A stretch of DNA of 124,000 nucleotides from contig NZ_JMCB01000006.1 of the NCBI RefSeq assembly GCF_000737315.1, positions 20,001-144,000 of the forward strand, written 5' to 3'. Under the pieces are notes generated by a model, which saw only the letters and a list, made by a program, of their open reading frames with translations, made no database searches and was not told the DNA's origin. The translations under genes and the position numbers were made by a program. Below, piece by piece: positions 31,282-41,206 of the stretch. The DNA comes from Hyalangium minutum (lineage in GTDB: Bacteria; Myxococcota; Myxococcia; Myxococcales; Myxococcaceae). Within the stretch, counting starts at the first letter, position 1. Every line of letters begins with the position of its first letter.

Positions 31282-31493
31282 CGGGAGCTCGTCGGGGTGG
31301 AGTGGGAGACGGCGGAGGCGTTGACGGGCGACAGCCTGCGGCAGCAGCGCGCCTCATTTCAAGCCGCCTGCCTGCCCTGACCCGGGGTGCAAAAGAGGAA
31401 GACTTGTGGCATGGGCCCCATGCGTGTGGGGGCTTCGCTTCCAGGGCCCGGCTCGTTCATGATGGGTGGGCTTTGGACGCTGCTGCTGAAATC

Positions 31494-32489
31494 GTGACCG
31501 TGGGCCCTCCAACAACTTCCGATCGCCTCAGCCTGGCGCGGAAAGTCTTCCTGTTTTTCATGGTCGAGGGCCTGCCACTGCTGGGGCTGCTCTACGGGGT
31601 GTGGCTCTTCCTCCACGAAGGCATCCGCTGGCTGGACGTGGGGCTGTTCGTGGGGATGTACGTGGCCACGATGACGGGCATCGAGCTGGGCTTCCACCGC
31701 TACTTCGCCCACCGCACCTTCGAGACGACGCGGCCCATTCGTGCGCTGCTCCTCATCCTCGGCTCGATGGCGGGCCAGGGCTCCACGCTGCTGTGGAGCG
31801 GCCTCCACCGCTGGCACCACGCGCACACGGACATTCCCGGGGACATCCACTCACCGACGCTCGGGCGGCAGGGGTGGTGGCAGCGGGTGCGCGGGTTCTT
31901 CTGGTCGCAGTTCCTCTGGTACCTGGACTCGCCCGCCGTGGTCCTCTTCGCGCGCTTCATGAACCGCCACCGCGCGGATCCGGAGATCGCCCTGTCCTCC
32001 CCGGAGGATACCCAGGAGTTCCGCATCGTCCGCACGATGCCGGACCTTGTGCGCGATGCGTGGCTCGTGCGGCTCAACCAGCGGTATGGGCTCTGGGTGC
32101 TGCTCGGGCTGGCGCTGCCCGCAGTGCTGGGCGGGCTGCTCACAGGCTCGTGGGAGGGTGCGTGGCGAGGGCTCGTGTGGGGCGGCTTTGTCCGCTTCGC
32201 GCTGGTGCAGCAGGCCTCGTTCGCCGTCAACTCGGTGACGCACACCTTGGGCACGCAGCCGCTGGCGTGCCGGGACGACAGCCGTAACAACGGGGTGATG
32301 GCGGTGCTGACGCTCGGGGCCGGGTGGCACAACAACCACCACACCTTCCCTGGCTCGGCCTTCACGGACTTCCGCTGGTATCAGGTGGACATCTCCGGCC
32401 TGATGCTCCGCGCCCTGGAGAAGCTCGGGCTGGCGTGGGATGTCCGCCGGCCCTCGCCCGAGTCCATCGCCGCGCGCAAGCGTCCCTGA
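31494..32489 (+). CDS. Acyl-CoA (delta-9-type) fatty acid desaturase
   Basis: His boxes FHRYFAH, HRWHHAHTD and WHNNHH. Start uncertain. Confidence 0.9.
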   Translation: MTVGPPTTSDRLSLARKVFLFFMVEGLPLLGLLYGVWLFLHEGIRWLDVGLFVGMYVATMTGIELGFHRYFAHRTFETTRPIRALLLILGSMAGQGSTLLWSGLHRWHHAHTDIPGDIHSPTLGRQGWWQRVRGFFWSQFLWYLDSPAVVLFARFMNRHRADPEIALSSPEDTQEFRIVRTMPDLVRDAWLVRLNQRYGLWVLLGLALPAVLGGLLTGSWEGAWRGLVWGGFVRFALVQQASFAVNSVTHTLGTQPLACRDDSRNNGVMAVLTLGAGWHNNHHTFPGSAFTDFRWYQVDISGLMLRALEKLGLAWDVRRPSPESIAARKRP

Positions 32490-32516
32490 GACGCTGAGCA
32501 GCGGGTGGGCCCGGGC

Positions 32517-35246
32517 TCACGCGCTCGCGTACTGGAGGCCCTCTTCCTCGCTCAGCGGGAGACTGAAGCAGAAGGTGTTCCCGTCATCCGAGGTGTTCAG
32601 CCAGATACGGCCGCCGTGCGCCTCGACGATCTGCCAGCTCAAGTGCAGCCCCAGGCCCACCACGCCCGTGTAGCCCGTGGCGCCTGGGGGCAGCGGCTCG
32701 TAGAGGGGTTCGAAGACGTGGGGCTGGCGCTCGGGAGGGATGCCAGGCCCGTGGTCGCTCACGGAGACCATCGCCTGGTGCTCCGCGCACCGCAGCCGGA
32801 CCTCGATGGCCGCACCGGGAGGCGAGTACCGGATGGCGTTCTCCAGCAGGTGCGCCACCACGTCCCCCATGCGCTGGCGGTCTCCATCGACGAGGAGTGA
32901 CTCGGAGACCTCGACACGGATGGGACTCTCCGTGGTGCGGGACAGGCTCTTCACCTTCTCCTCCACCACCTCGCTCAAGTCGAACCGGTCGCGCTCCATC
33001 TTCGGCAGGCCCGGCGCCATCCACACCGCGGCGAAGAGGTGCTCCACCAGCTGCGCCAGCCGCCGCGTGTTCCGGGCAATGGCCGTGAGCCCCTTCTGCT
33101 GGCGCACGGAGTTCACCTCCATGCGGCTGAGGATGTCCGCCCATGTCTGGATGGTGGTGACGGGCGTGCGCAGCTCGTGGGCGGCCGCGGACATGAACTC
33201 CTCGCGCAGCCGCAGGGCCTCGCGGACCTCCAGGAAGAGGCGCGCCTTCTCGATGGCCATGGCGAAGAGCTGGCCCACCGTGGTGTGGAACTCCAGCTCG
33301 CGCGGGGCGAACTGGCGCGGCTCGTGGGTGAAGCACGTCAGCACGCCCACGAGGTGCCCCCGCGAGTGCAGAGGAATGGAGACGAGGCTCCGGAAGCCCT
33401 CCTCGAGCGCGAACTTCTTCGTGAGCGCTGGGGCCTCCTGGGACAGCATGTCGCCGATCACCTGGAGGGTCTCCTGCCGGGCCGCCTGGGCCGTGAGCAG
33501 CGGGGACTCCAGGGAGATCTGCTGCAGGTCCTCGCGGATCTTCTGGGCCAGCCCGTAGGAGCCAATCAAGGAGAGCTGCTGGTGATCCGGCTTGGCCAGC
33601 CACAGCCCCGCGGCATCGGCGCCCAGGGCCTGGAGGCTCTGCTCGATGGCCACGTGGGCCACGCGCTCCAGCTCCACCTCCATGACCAGGGCCTGGCTGA
33701 CGCGGGACAGCGCCAGCTCGCGCTCGAGCAGCCGCGTCCGCTCCTCCTCCACCTGCATGCGCTCGGTGATGTCGTGGACGACGATCTCCCCCAGGATGAT
33801 CTGCCCCGCGGAGTTGCGCACCGGAGCGCCGTTGATGCTGACCAGGCGCTCCTCTCCCTTCGCGGTGCGCAGACGCAGCTCCACGTCGGTGAAGGTCTCC
33901 CCCGCCAGGGCGCGCTGGAGCGGCATCTCCGCCAGCTCCACGGGGCGCCCATCGAGGTGCCGGAAGCAGTGGCGCTCGAGATACTCCTCCAGCGGCCGGC
34001 CCAGGGAAGAGCAATCCTTGAACCCCAGCAAGCGGCACCCGGCCGGGTTGGCGTCACACAGCCGGCCGTCCGGGCTGATGAGGAAGATGGCATCCGGCAC
34101 ACTGGCGATGATGGCGTCACGCTGGCTGGCGTGCCGCTCGGCCTCCTCGCGCAGGGCATCCACCTCGGCCTGGCGCCGCGCAACGCGGGAGGACATCTCA
34201 TTGAAGGCCTCGGCCAGTTCCTGGAGCTCATCGCCCGTCTGGATGGAGACCCGCTGCCCCAGCTCGCCACGGCCCACGTTGCGTGCCACCGCCCGCAGGC
34301 TCCGGACCGGGTAGGCGTAGCGGCGGGCGAGCACGGCCGAGAGCAGCGCGCTCAGGAGCAGGATGCCCAGGAAGGCGCCCAGCTTCGCACGGAGCCACCC
34401 GTAGAGCGGCGCCAGCGCCACGTCGCGAGGCGCCATCACACCCACGGCCCACCCATGGCGAGGCGTCGGAACGAAGGTGCCCAGCGAGAGGACCGTGCTC
34501 AGTGGGTTGGTGAAGCGCTCGAGCTGCACGGGCGTCCCAGCCAGCGCGCGCCGCAGGGGCTCCAGGGCGAGAAATGCACCGCTCTGCGCGTACGTCAAAT
34601 CCGGGTAGCCGGTGTGAAAGGCCAACCGGCCCGTCGCATCGACCAGGAAGATCTCCTGGCCGGACTGGAGGCGAGCGTCCAGGTAGCGGCGCGCGAGCAG
34701 GCGGGTCTGCATGATGACGTTCACGACGCCCGTCGGCCGGCCCTCGGGTCCGGGAATGGGCACGGAGATCAGGATCGCCGTGCCCTGGGGACGGCGCAGC
34801 TCGATGACTTCGGAGATGACCGGGGCCCCGGTCGCCATCACCTTCTGGAAGTAGGGGCGATCCCCAATGCGGAGCCGGGGCTCGGCAGGTGCGTCCGGTT
34901 CACCCCAGCCGCGGTTCAAGCCCGTGGCGTCGTAGACGCCGATGGCGTCATAGAGAGAGCTGCGCAGGACCAGCTGCTGCATGTGGCCGTCCAGCTGACG
35001 GGGATCCATGCCCTGCACCAGCGGATCATTGGCCACCGCCTGGGCGAACTCGATGGCGGCCTCGAAGGACTCGGTGAGCTGCACCGCGACGGCCTGCGCG
35101 GTGATGCGCTGGGTGGCCAGCAGGGTCTCCTGGGTCCGCTGCTTCCCCAGGAAGAAGTCCGCGCTCAGGAGCACCAGGACGGGCAGCAGCACAGCGCCGA
35201 AGGCGAGCAGCAGCTTGGCGTGAAAATGCAGTCGAGGCATGGCCAT
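32517..35246 (-). CDS. Cache-HAMP-PAS-GAF sensor histidine kinase
   Basis: Two TMs, dCache-like region, HAMP DELQELAEAFNEM, H-box AHELRTPV, DHGPGI. Confidence 0.9.
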   Translation of the reverse strand: MAMPRLHFHAKLLLAFGAVLLPVLVLLSADFFLGKQRTQETLLATQRITAQAVAVQLTESFEAAIEFAQAVANDPLVQGMDPRQLDGHMQQLVLRSSLYDAIGVYDATGLNRGWGEPDAPAEPRLRIGDRPYFQKVMATGAPVISEVIELRRPQGTAILISVPIPGPEGRPTGVVNVIMQTRLLARRYLDARLQSGQEIFLVDATGRLAFHTGYPDLTYAQSGAFLALEPLRRALAGTPVQLERFTNPLSTVLSLGTFVPTPRHGWAVGVMAPRDVALAPLYGWLRAKLGAFLGILLLSALLSAVLARRYAYPVRSLRAVARNVGRGELGQRVSIQTGDELQELAEAFNEMSSRVARRQAEVDALREEAERHASQRDAIIASVPDAIFLISPDGRLCDANPAGCRLLGFKDCSSLGRPLEEYLERHCFRHLDGRPVELAEMPLQRALAGETFTDVELRLRTAKGEERLVSINGAPVRNSAGQIILGEIVVHDITERMQVEEERTRLLERELALSRVSQALVMEVELERVAHVAIEQSLQALGADAAGLWLAKPDHQQLSLIGSYGLAQKIREDLQQISLESPLLTAQAARQETLQVIGDMLSQEAPALTKKFALEEGFRSLVSIPLHSRGHLVGVLTCFTHEPRQFAPRELEFHTTVGQLFAMAIEKARLFLEVREALRLREEFMSAAAHELRTPVTTIQTWADILSRMEVNSVRQQKGLTAIARNTRRLAQLVEHLFAAVWMAPGLPKMERDRFDLSEVVEEKVKSLSRTTESPIRVEVSESLLVDGDRQRMGDVVAHLLENAIRYSPPGAAIEVRLRCAEHQAMVSVSDHGPGIPPERQPHVFEPLYEPLPPGATGYTGVVGLGLHLSWQIVEAHGGRIWLNTSDDGNTFCFSLPLSEEEGLQYASA

Positions 35247-35453
35247 CCGAGAGACGCGTTTCCCGTCTCAACAGTCATGACGCCTCCTTGCCTTCACCCC
35301 CCTCACTGTTACCGGCAGGGAACCCTGGCGAGTGAGCGTGCCCCTGCCCGGTTTGCTCCGAGGGACAGAAGCCCCCCGGAGCTCAGAGAGCGGCCAGGAC
35401 AGCGCCTGGGAGCTGCCCCGCTCTGGGCCGGTGTCGGGGCTCGCCCAAGCCGC

Positions 35454-36281
35454 TCAGGGAGAGGGAATGAGCCCCTCGCCGTGCCTCACCAGGACCGCCC
35501 GCGAGTAGGCCATCTGGAACCCAAGCCGCGCGGCGTTGCGCTCGGTGGGGATTCCGGGTCCGGAGTGGATCACGGCCCAGCGGCTCCCGTGCTCGCGCCC
35601 TTGCTCGAGGCGCCGGATGATCAGCGCCTGCTGGATGCCCCTCCCACGGTATGCGGGCCTCACGGAGGTCCCGAACAACTGGGTGACGCCCTCGCTCGAC
35701 TCGCAGCCACCCGCGCCCACGGTCTCGCGGCCGATACGGGCCATGAACAGGTCGTACCCAGGCGCTGTCGAGGCCCTCATCCCGAACTCCAGGATGGGCT
35801 CCGGCACCGCCACGCCCTCGGGGAAGAAGCCGCTGAAGGCCACCTCCACGTGCTCGCGGACCGCGGCGGTGTTCTTCGGATCCACCCGGTCGATCGTCAC
35901 GCCCTGGGGCCAGCCTCCCTTCAGGAGCACGCGGAGGTCCTCGCCTCCCGACAAGTCCCTCACGAGGGTGTTCTCGAACTCGTGGAGCACGAACCCTCTC
36001 CGAGCGAGCCCCGCGAGCAGCTCGGGCGGCGCAAACGGGCTCAGCTCGACCTTGGGCTCCGCGCCGCGCTCCGTGAAGAACGCGACGATCCGGTCCAGCT
36101 CCGCGTCCGTGAGGGCCCGATCGAAGCCGAGCCCGCAGGCCTTGTTGATCGGCGAGCCGGGCGAGTCGAAGAGGAGCCAGCCATCGGCCAGGCGCTCGGC
36201 CTCCTTGACGAACCGTGACAGCGGAACACCGTGCTTGTGTTCGACGAGGCGGGCGATCCCAGCGAAGTCCAGGTCTTTCAT
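35454..36281 (-). CDS. GNAT family N-acetyltransferase
   Basis: C-terminal TSVRPAYRGRGIQQAL acetyl-CoA motif. Start re-called at MKDLDF. Confidence 0.8.
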   Translation of the reverse strand: MKDLDFAGIARLVEHKHGVPLSRFVKEAERLADGWLLFDSPGSPINKACGLGFDRALTDAELDRIVAFFTERGAEPKVELSPFAPPELLAGLARRGFVLHEFENTLVRDLSGGEDLRVLLKGGWPQGVTIDRVDPKNTAAVREHVEVAFSGFFPEGVAVPEPILEFGMRASTAPGYDLFMARIGRETVGAGGCESSEGVTQLFGTSVRPAYRGRGIQQALIIRRLEQGREHGSRWAVIHSGPGIPTERNAARLGFQMAYSRAVLVRHGEGLIPSP

Positions 36282-36315
36282 TGCGCGCGAGTCTTTGAGG
36301 GGTGGAACTCCGAGT

Positions 36316-36939
36316 CTACTTCGTGGGCGCCGGTGCCCGCATTTTGGCACCCGTGGGGGCCTTCTCCTGCGGCTTTCCCCCTCCACCGGGCGTGACCGCA
36401 GCCGCCGCGGCATCCGGCTCGAACAGCCGCAGCGTCCACAGCGAGCCGGTGTTGTACCCAGGCAGGTTCATCGGGTTGAAGATGCTGGAGCTCGTCGCGA
36501 AGCCTCCCGCGTACGCAGGGGGGAACTCCGTCAGCTTCAGCGCGCAGCCCACCAGCACCACGCCTGGGCGCGGTACGGCGTTGCTCACCGCCGTGCACTT
36601 GCCCACTGCGGCGAAGTGCCCCTCAGGCAAGTCGAAGCTCGCGTACATGTCCGCCTGGGAGCCCTCGGCGAAGGTGCGATCGGTGACGAGCGCGCACGCC
36701 CTCGCCTTGCCTACTGCCTTCTGCTCACCGGCCTTCAGCTTGCCGTTCGCATCCCGCTCCGGCACGGAGACAATGCCTGGCAGCTTCACGTTCGCCTGAA
36801 AGGGCGCACCCTGGCAGAGGTTCGGATCCGCCGCCTTGGGGTCTTCCAAGGTCCGGAACTGGTACGACACCTCACCCGCCCGCGCCGACAGCGGCAGGAC
36901 GAGTGCGAGCGAGACCACAGCGACAGAGAGGCGCGGCAT
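36316..36939 (-). CDS. Secreted hypothetical protein
   Basis: Clear signal peptide, four Cys, beta-rich pattern. Confidence 0.65.
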   Translation of the reverse strand: MPRLSVAVVSLALVLPLSARAGEVSYQFRTLEDPKAADPNLCQGAPFQANVKLPGIVSVPERDANGKLKAGEQKAVGKARACALVTDRTFAEGSQADMYASFDLPEGHFAAVGKCTAVSNAVPRPGVVLVGCALKLTEFPPAYAGGFATSSSIFNPMNLPGYNTGSLWTLRLFEPDAAAAAVTPGGGGKPQEKAPTGAKMRAPAPTK

Positions 36940-37023
36940 GGGACGACTCCTCGGGATGGTGGGCTCCGGATCTAACGTGATCCGGGAGCACCACGACCAT
37001 CAGGGTCATCCGCACCCCAGCGG

Positions 37024-38121
37024 TTACAGCCGCACCAGCTGGGCGCCGTAGTGGACACTGGCGCCCACAGCGGCCACCATCACCACGTCCCCACTGCCCA
37101 GGCGCACCCGGCCGGACTCCAGGTCCTCGGCCAGCAGGATGAGCATGCCGGCCGCCGAGGTGTTGCCGTAGCGGTGCACATTCATCGCCACGCGCTCCGG
37201 GTCCAGCCCCGCGTGATGAACGAAGAACTCCATCAGCCGCCGGTTGGGCTGGTGGAAGTAGTAGCGCTTCACCTCGGAGGCCAGCTCCGGGTGGTTCTCC
37301 AGCACCGCGCTGATGCAGTGTCCCATGACGAGCGGGTAGCTCTCCGCCACCTTCTGCCCGTTCACCACGAAGGCCATGTCGCCCGGACGCGCGCGGCCCT
37401 GGAAGGGCAGCTTCATGTTCCCGCCGCCGCGGCGGAAGACCAGCTCCCCATGGGTGTTTCCGGACATCGTCGCCAGGATGCCCGTGCCCTCCTCGCCATC
37501 CGCGCGGAGGATGACCGCGCCCGCCCCGTCTCCGAACACATACCCAGACAGGTACGCATTGAGCGGCTTGGCGCCGGGCGAGGGGATGATCTCGTCCGTA
37601 TAAACCTGGCGGTTCACGTGCGGCGAGCACAGCGACGAGGCCACCACCGCCACCGTCTTGAAGCGGCCGCCCTCCATCATCTTGGCCGCCATGTCGATGA
37701 TGTACGGGGTGCCGCCGCACCCATCGTCAATCACGAGCGCGAAGGTGTCCGTGCGGCACTCCAGGCGCCGGTGCAGCTCCATGGCGTCGTGGTTGAAGTT
37801 CAGCTCGTCCGGCGTGCAGGTGACGAGCAGGATGGCGTCCAGCTCCTTCGCCTCCACGCCGGACTGCACGAGCGCCTTGCGCAGGGCAATCTCACACATG
37901 TCCGTGTTCGACGCCGGATAGACGGGCAGATCATTCTCGGGTGGAGCAATGGCCACACCCTCCTTGTCATCGATCTCCCACAGATAGCGGCGCTCCTCGA
38001 TGCCCGTCTTCTCGAGAATGCGCTCAGGGGTCCAACCCGGGAAGGCGCGTGCAATGCGCTCGTTGTTGATGACTCGGGAAGGAACGAAGGCGCCGGCTCC
38101 AGCAAAACGCACAGTGGGCAT
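37024..38121 (-). CDS. 3-oxoacyl-ACP synthase III (FabH-like ketosynthase)
   Basis: Catalytic triad motifs GCGG, FHQPN and GNTSAA. Confidence 0.9.
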   Translation of the reverse strand: MPTVRFAGAGAFVPSRVINNERIARAFPGWTPERILEKTGIEERRYLWEIDDKEGVAIAPPENDLPVYPASNTDMCEIALRKALVQSGVEAKELDAILLVTCTPDELNFNHDAMELHRRLECRTDTFALVIDDGCGGTPYIIDMAAKMMEGGRFKTVAVVASSLCSPHVNRQVYTDEIIPSPGAKPLNAYLSGYVFGDGAGAVILRADGEEGTGILATMSGNTHGELVFRRGGGNMKLPFQGRARPGDMAFVVNGQKVAESYPLVMGHCISAVLENHPELASEVKRYYFHQPNRRLMEFFVHHAGLDPERVAMNVHRYGNTSAAGMLILLAEDLESGRVRLGSGDVVMVAAVGASVHYGAQLVRL

Positions 38122-38566
38122 GGTCGTTTCTCGCGGTGATGTGAGGTGCTCGCCTGCTGATGGAGGTCATCAGCAGGTGGCATGCCACTCGCCGCAGGTG
38201 GGTGAAGGCGCGTCCCAGGCCTTCTCCCGCCCTCATGGGCGCCCCGCCCCTCTTCCCCCGTTTTCCAAATAATTCGTTTCTTTCCTGACAAATGGGACCC
38301 CGGTCAGATCCTCGAAGTGCTCGAATTCACGACTGAAATCGAGTCCGAGGAGACCTCTTGGGTTGAGTGCCACCGAGCAGGCGTGCTCGACGTGTAGGCA
38401 GAGCTGGGCCGAGCGGGTGGGTCTCTCAAGACACCGGGGGGTCATGCCTGCCTTCAGAGCGGCAGCCACAGGGGTTCGGGTGACCCACCCCCCTGGGTGA
38501 GTCTGAGTGCGCTCACGCTCGCACCACCCTATCAGGTCGTCCTCCGGAGGAGCCTTCCGGGGCACT

Positions 38567-40171
38567 TCAATGGTGGGGAGGCGGGGCCGCCGGAGGCGTC
38601 CGCTGGGCGGCGGGTGTCGAGCGCCGGGCAGCCGGGAGCGGGTGCCGGGGCAGAGACACGGTGAAGGTGGTCCCGCTCTCCCGCGTGGAGTCCACGGAGA
38701 TGCTGCCGCCATGGGCCTCCACGATGTGCTTCACGATGAAGAGCCCCAGGCCGAGGGAGTGCTTGCCGTGGCACCCCGGGCCATCGCCTCGCTTGAGCGG
38801 TTGGAAGAGCTGGTCCATCAGCTCTGGGGGGATGGGCTCCCCCTCGTTGTGCACGGAGAGGCGCACCTCGTCGGGCAGGCCGAACGTGCGCACCTGCACC
38901 GCGCAGTGCTCGGAGCCGTAAGCCAGGGCGTTGCGCACCAGGTTGGTGATGAGCTGCGACAGCCGGTCTCCGTCCCACTCGCCGCGCCCCTCGCCTCGCT
39001 GTTCCAGGAGGAGCTGCCGGTGCGGGTGGGCGAGCTGGACTTCCTCCACCGCCTGCCGCGTGAGCTCGTGCAAGTCCAACGGCCGGAGCTTCACCGGGAG
39101 GGAGCCCTGGAACCGGACCTGGGTGAAGTCCAGCAGGTCCTCCAGCATCCGGGCGGCGCGATCGGCGCTGCAGAGGATGCGCTCGAGGGTGCGGCGGCCT
39201 CGCTCGTCCTGCCCGCCCTGCTTCAACAGCAGCATGGCGGCCATGGAGATGGCGTTGATGGGGTTGCGCAGATCATGGCTGACGATGCCGATGAGGTGCT
39301 GCTCGATGTCGGCCCGCCGCCGCTCCTCCTGCTCGGTCCGCTTGAGCTCGGTGATGTCCTGGAGGGCGCCCACCATGCGCAGGGCCCGGCCTTCCGCGTC
39401 GCGCGCCACGTAGGCCCGGTCGCGCACGAGCATGTACGCGCCGTCCCCGCGCAGGAAGCGGTACTCGTCCATCCAGTGGGCGTCGCCTCCTTCGAGTGCC
39501 GCTTGGAGGCCGCTCACCACGCGCTGGCGGTCCTCGGGGTGGATGTGCTCTTCCCACCAGCCGATGGAGGTATCCACCCCGGAGGCGGGGTGGCCGGTGA
39601 GCCGGGAGAGGCTGTCGCTCCAGTCCACCTGTCCCGTCATGATGTTCCAGTCCCAGACGAGATCCTGGGTGGCCATGGTGGCCAGGCGGTAGCGCGTCTC
39701 GGATTGGCGCAGCTTCTCCTCGGCTCGCTTGCGCTCGGAGAGGTGCTCCTGTGTGTAGCGCCGCAGGGAGCTCTCGATGGCGGTGGCCAGCGCATCCAGC
39801 AGGCGGTTCAGCGCCTGAGGCTCCAGAGGCCAATGATCTTCATCGAGGACATTGAAGATGATGAAGCGCAGCAGGGCGTACTCCCGCACCACTTCGGAGG
39901 GATCGAACCCCAGGCGGAAGCGCTGGGCGCCATGGGTCTCGGCGAGCGCCTCCAAGGAAGCGCCCCGAGGGCGGTCCGGGGCAGGCGAGCCTCGCAGGGC
40001 CGCAATCACCGCGACGAGGAACTCGGGCAGGGAGTCGAGCAGCTCGGCTCGGGGCAGGCGGGCCGCAGAGGGCCTCTTTCGCGCCTGCTCCTCCCAGCGG
40101 CGGGCAATGTCCTCGCTGCGAGCCTCCAGCAGCTGGGCGAGGCCCCCGCTCGTTGGGTCGCACGGCGTCAT
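38567..40171 (-). CDS. RsbRD-N-like + PAS cytoplasmic histidine kinase
   Basis: HGAQRFRLGF N-terminal domain, PAS/PAC, SHDLRNPI H-box, GLGLFI. Confidence 0.88.
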   Translation of the reverse strand: MTPCDPTSGGLAQLLEARSEDIARRWEEQARKRPSAARLPRAELLDSLPEFLVAVIAALRGSPAPDRPRGASLEALAETHGAQRFRLGFDPSEVVREYALLRFIIFNVLDEDHWPLEPQALNRLLDALATAIESSLRRYTQEHLSERKRAEEKLRQSETRYRLATMATQDLVWDWNIMTGQVDWSDSLSRLTGHPASGVDTSIGWWEEHIHPEDRQRVVSGLQAALEGGDAHWMDEYRFLRGDGAYMLVRDRAYVARDAEGRALRMVGALQDITELKRTEQEERRRADIEQHLIGIVSHDLRNPINAISMAAMLLLKQGGQDERGRRTLERILCSADRAARMLEDLLDFTQVRFQGSLPVKLRPLDLHELTRQAVEEVQLAHPHRQLLLEQRGEGRGEWDGDRLSQLITNLVRNALAYGSEHCAVQVRTFGLPDEVRLSVHNEGEPIPPELMDQLFQPLKRGDGPGCHGKHSLGLGLFIVKHIVEAHGGSISVDSTRESGTTFTVSLPRHPLPAARRSTPAAQRTPPAAPPPHH

Positions 40172-40413
40172 GGAACCGCTCCTCCCATGGGCACGTCAGC
40201 CAATGTGGGCACGCCCGGGAGCGATGAGGAGGGGCACGTCCGTCCGAGGCTGAGGCGTCCCTGCCTGCCTGGACTCGGACGAGCGGGGCGCTCCGGAAGC
40301 TGTACTACCTGACAGATGGGGGCACTTCTGAGGTTGCAACGGGAGCCGGGCCATCTAAGGTGGGGACACCACCGCGAGCTCGGGAGCAAACCGGGAGCGC
40401 TGGTGCCTGTGTC

Positions 40414-41187
40414 ATGGGCCACGTCCACATCATCCGAGACTTCGAATCCCCCCAGGAAGGCTTCACGCGGACCCTCCGCATCTACACGCCGGACGGGTAC
40501 GACGAGCACGGTGAGCACCGCTACCCCGTCCTTTATATGCATGACGGGCAGAACGTGTTCGCGCACCCGGAGTCGTCGGTCTTCGACACGTGGTGTGCCA
40601 ACCACGCGCTGGAGGCGCTGGTGGCCGAGGGCCGGCTGGAGCCGTGGATCATCGTCGCGGTGGACTCGGGGCCGGGACGGTTCCAGGAGTACTCGCCGTG
40701 GGACGAGCCGCGCAACCAGGTGAAGGCGCGGGGCCCGCAGTACGCGCGCTTCCTGGTGGAGCAGGTGAAGCCGTACGTGGACCGCGTCTACCGCACGCGT
40801 CCGGGTCCGGAGTGGACAGGGGCGATGGGCTCGTCCCTGGGCGGGCTCATCTCGCTGTACCTCGGGTGGCAGTACCCAGAGGTGTTCGGTCGGATTGGGG
40901 CGCTGTCGCCCACGGTGATGTGGAGCGAGCGGCAGCTCTTCACGAAGTGGACTGCCCACAGCCAGAAGTGGTCGCGCATCTATTTGGATGCGGGCTCCAC
41001 GGAGCACATCGCCACGGACAACGTGCCGCTGAATTACGGGGTGGCCACGCGCGAGTTCTACAGCCACCTGAAGCAGGTGGGGTACCACGACCACGAGGTG
41101 ATTCTGGTGCTGGAGCCGGGTGGGCAGCACCACGAGAAGGACTGGCAGCGGCGGCTGCCGTTCGCGTTCCGGTGGCTGCTGAGCTGA
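40414..41187 (+). CDS. Alpha/beta hydrolase (putative esterase)
   Basis: YPVLYMHDGQN, nucleophile elbow GSSLGG, C-terminal HHEKDW. Confidence 0.85.
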   Translation: MGHVHIIRDFESPQEGFTRTLRIYTPDGYDEHGEHRYPVLYMHDGQNVFAHPESSVFDTWCANHALEALVAEGRLEPWIIVAVDSGPGRFQEYSPWDEPRNQVKARGPQYARFLVEQVKPYVDRVYRTRPGPEWTGAMGSSLGGLISLYLGWQYPEVFGRIGALSPTVMWSERQLFTKWTAHSQKWSRIYLDAGSTEHIATDNVPLNYGVATREFYSHLKQVGYHDHEVILVLEPGGQHHEKDWQRRLPFAFRWLLS

Positions 41188-41206
41188 GCCGGAGCGTAGG
41201 CCTGGG

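Noticed and set aside
33039-36218. Very long alternative ORFs (also 2931-5588, 59732-62059, 72650-75739, 82712-85795, 89385-92384)
   Set aside because: Antisense or off-frame shadows of well-supported genes, expected in high-GC DNA. They carry no motifs.
38233-38500. Possible small ORF upstream of the FabH-like gene
   Set aside because: No RBS, domain or codon support; probably regulatory DNA.
40441-40450. TTCGAATCC T-loop-like motifs (also at 87242)
   Set aside because: Inside coding sequence, with no cloverleaf; not tRNAs.
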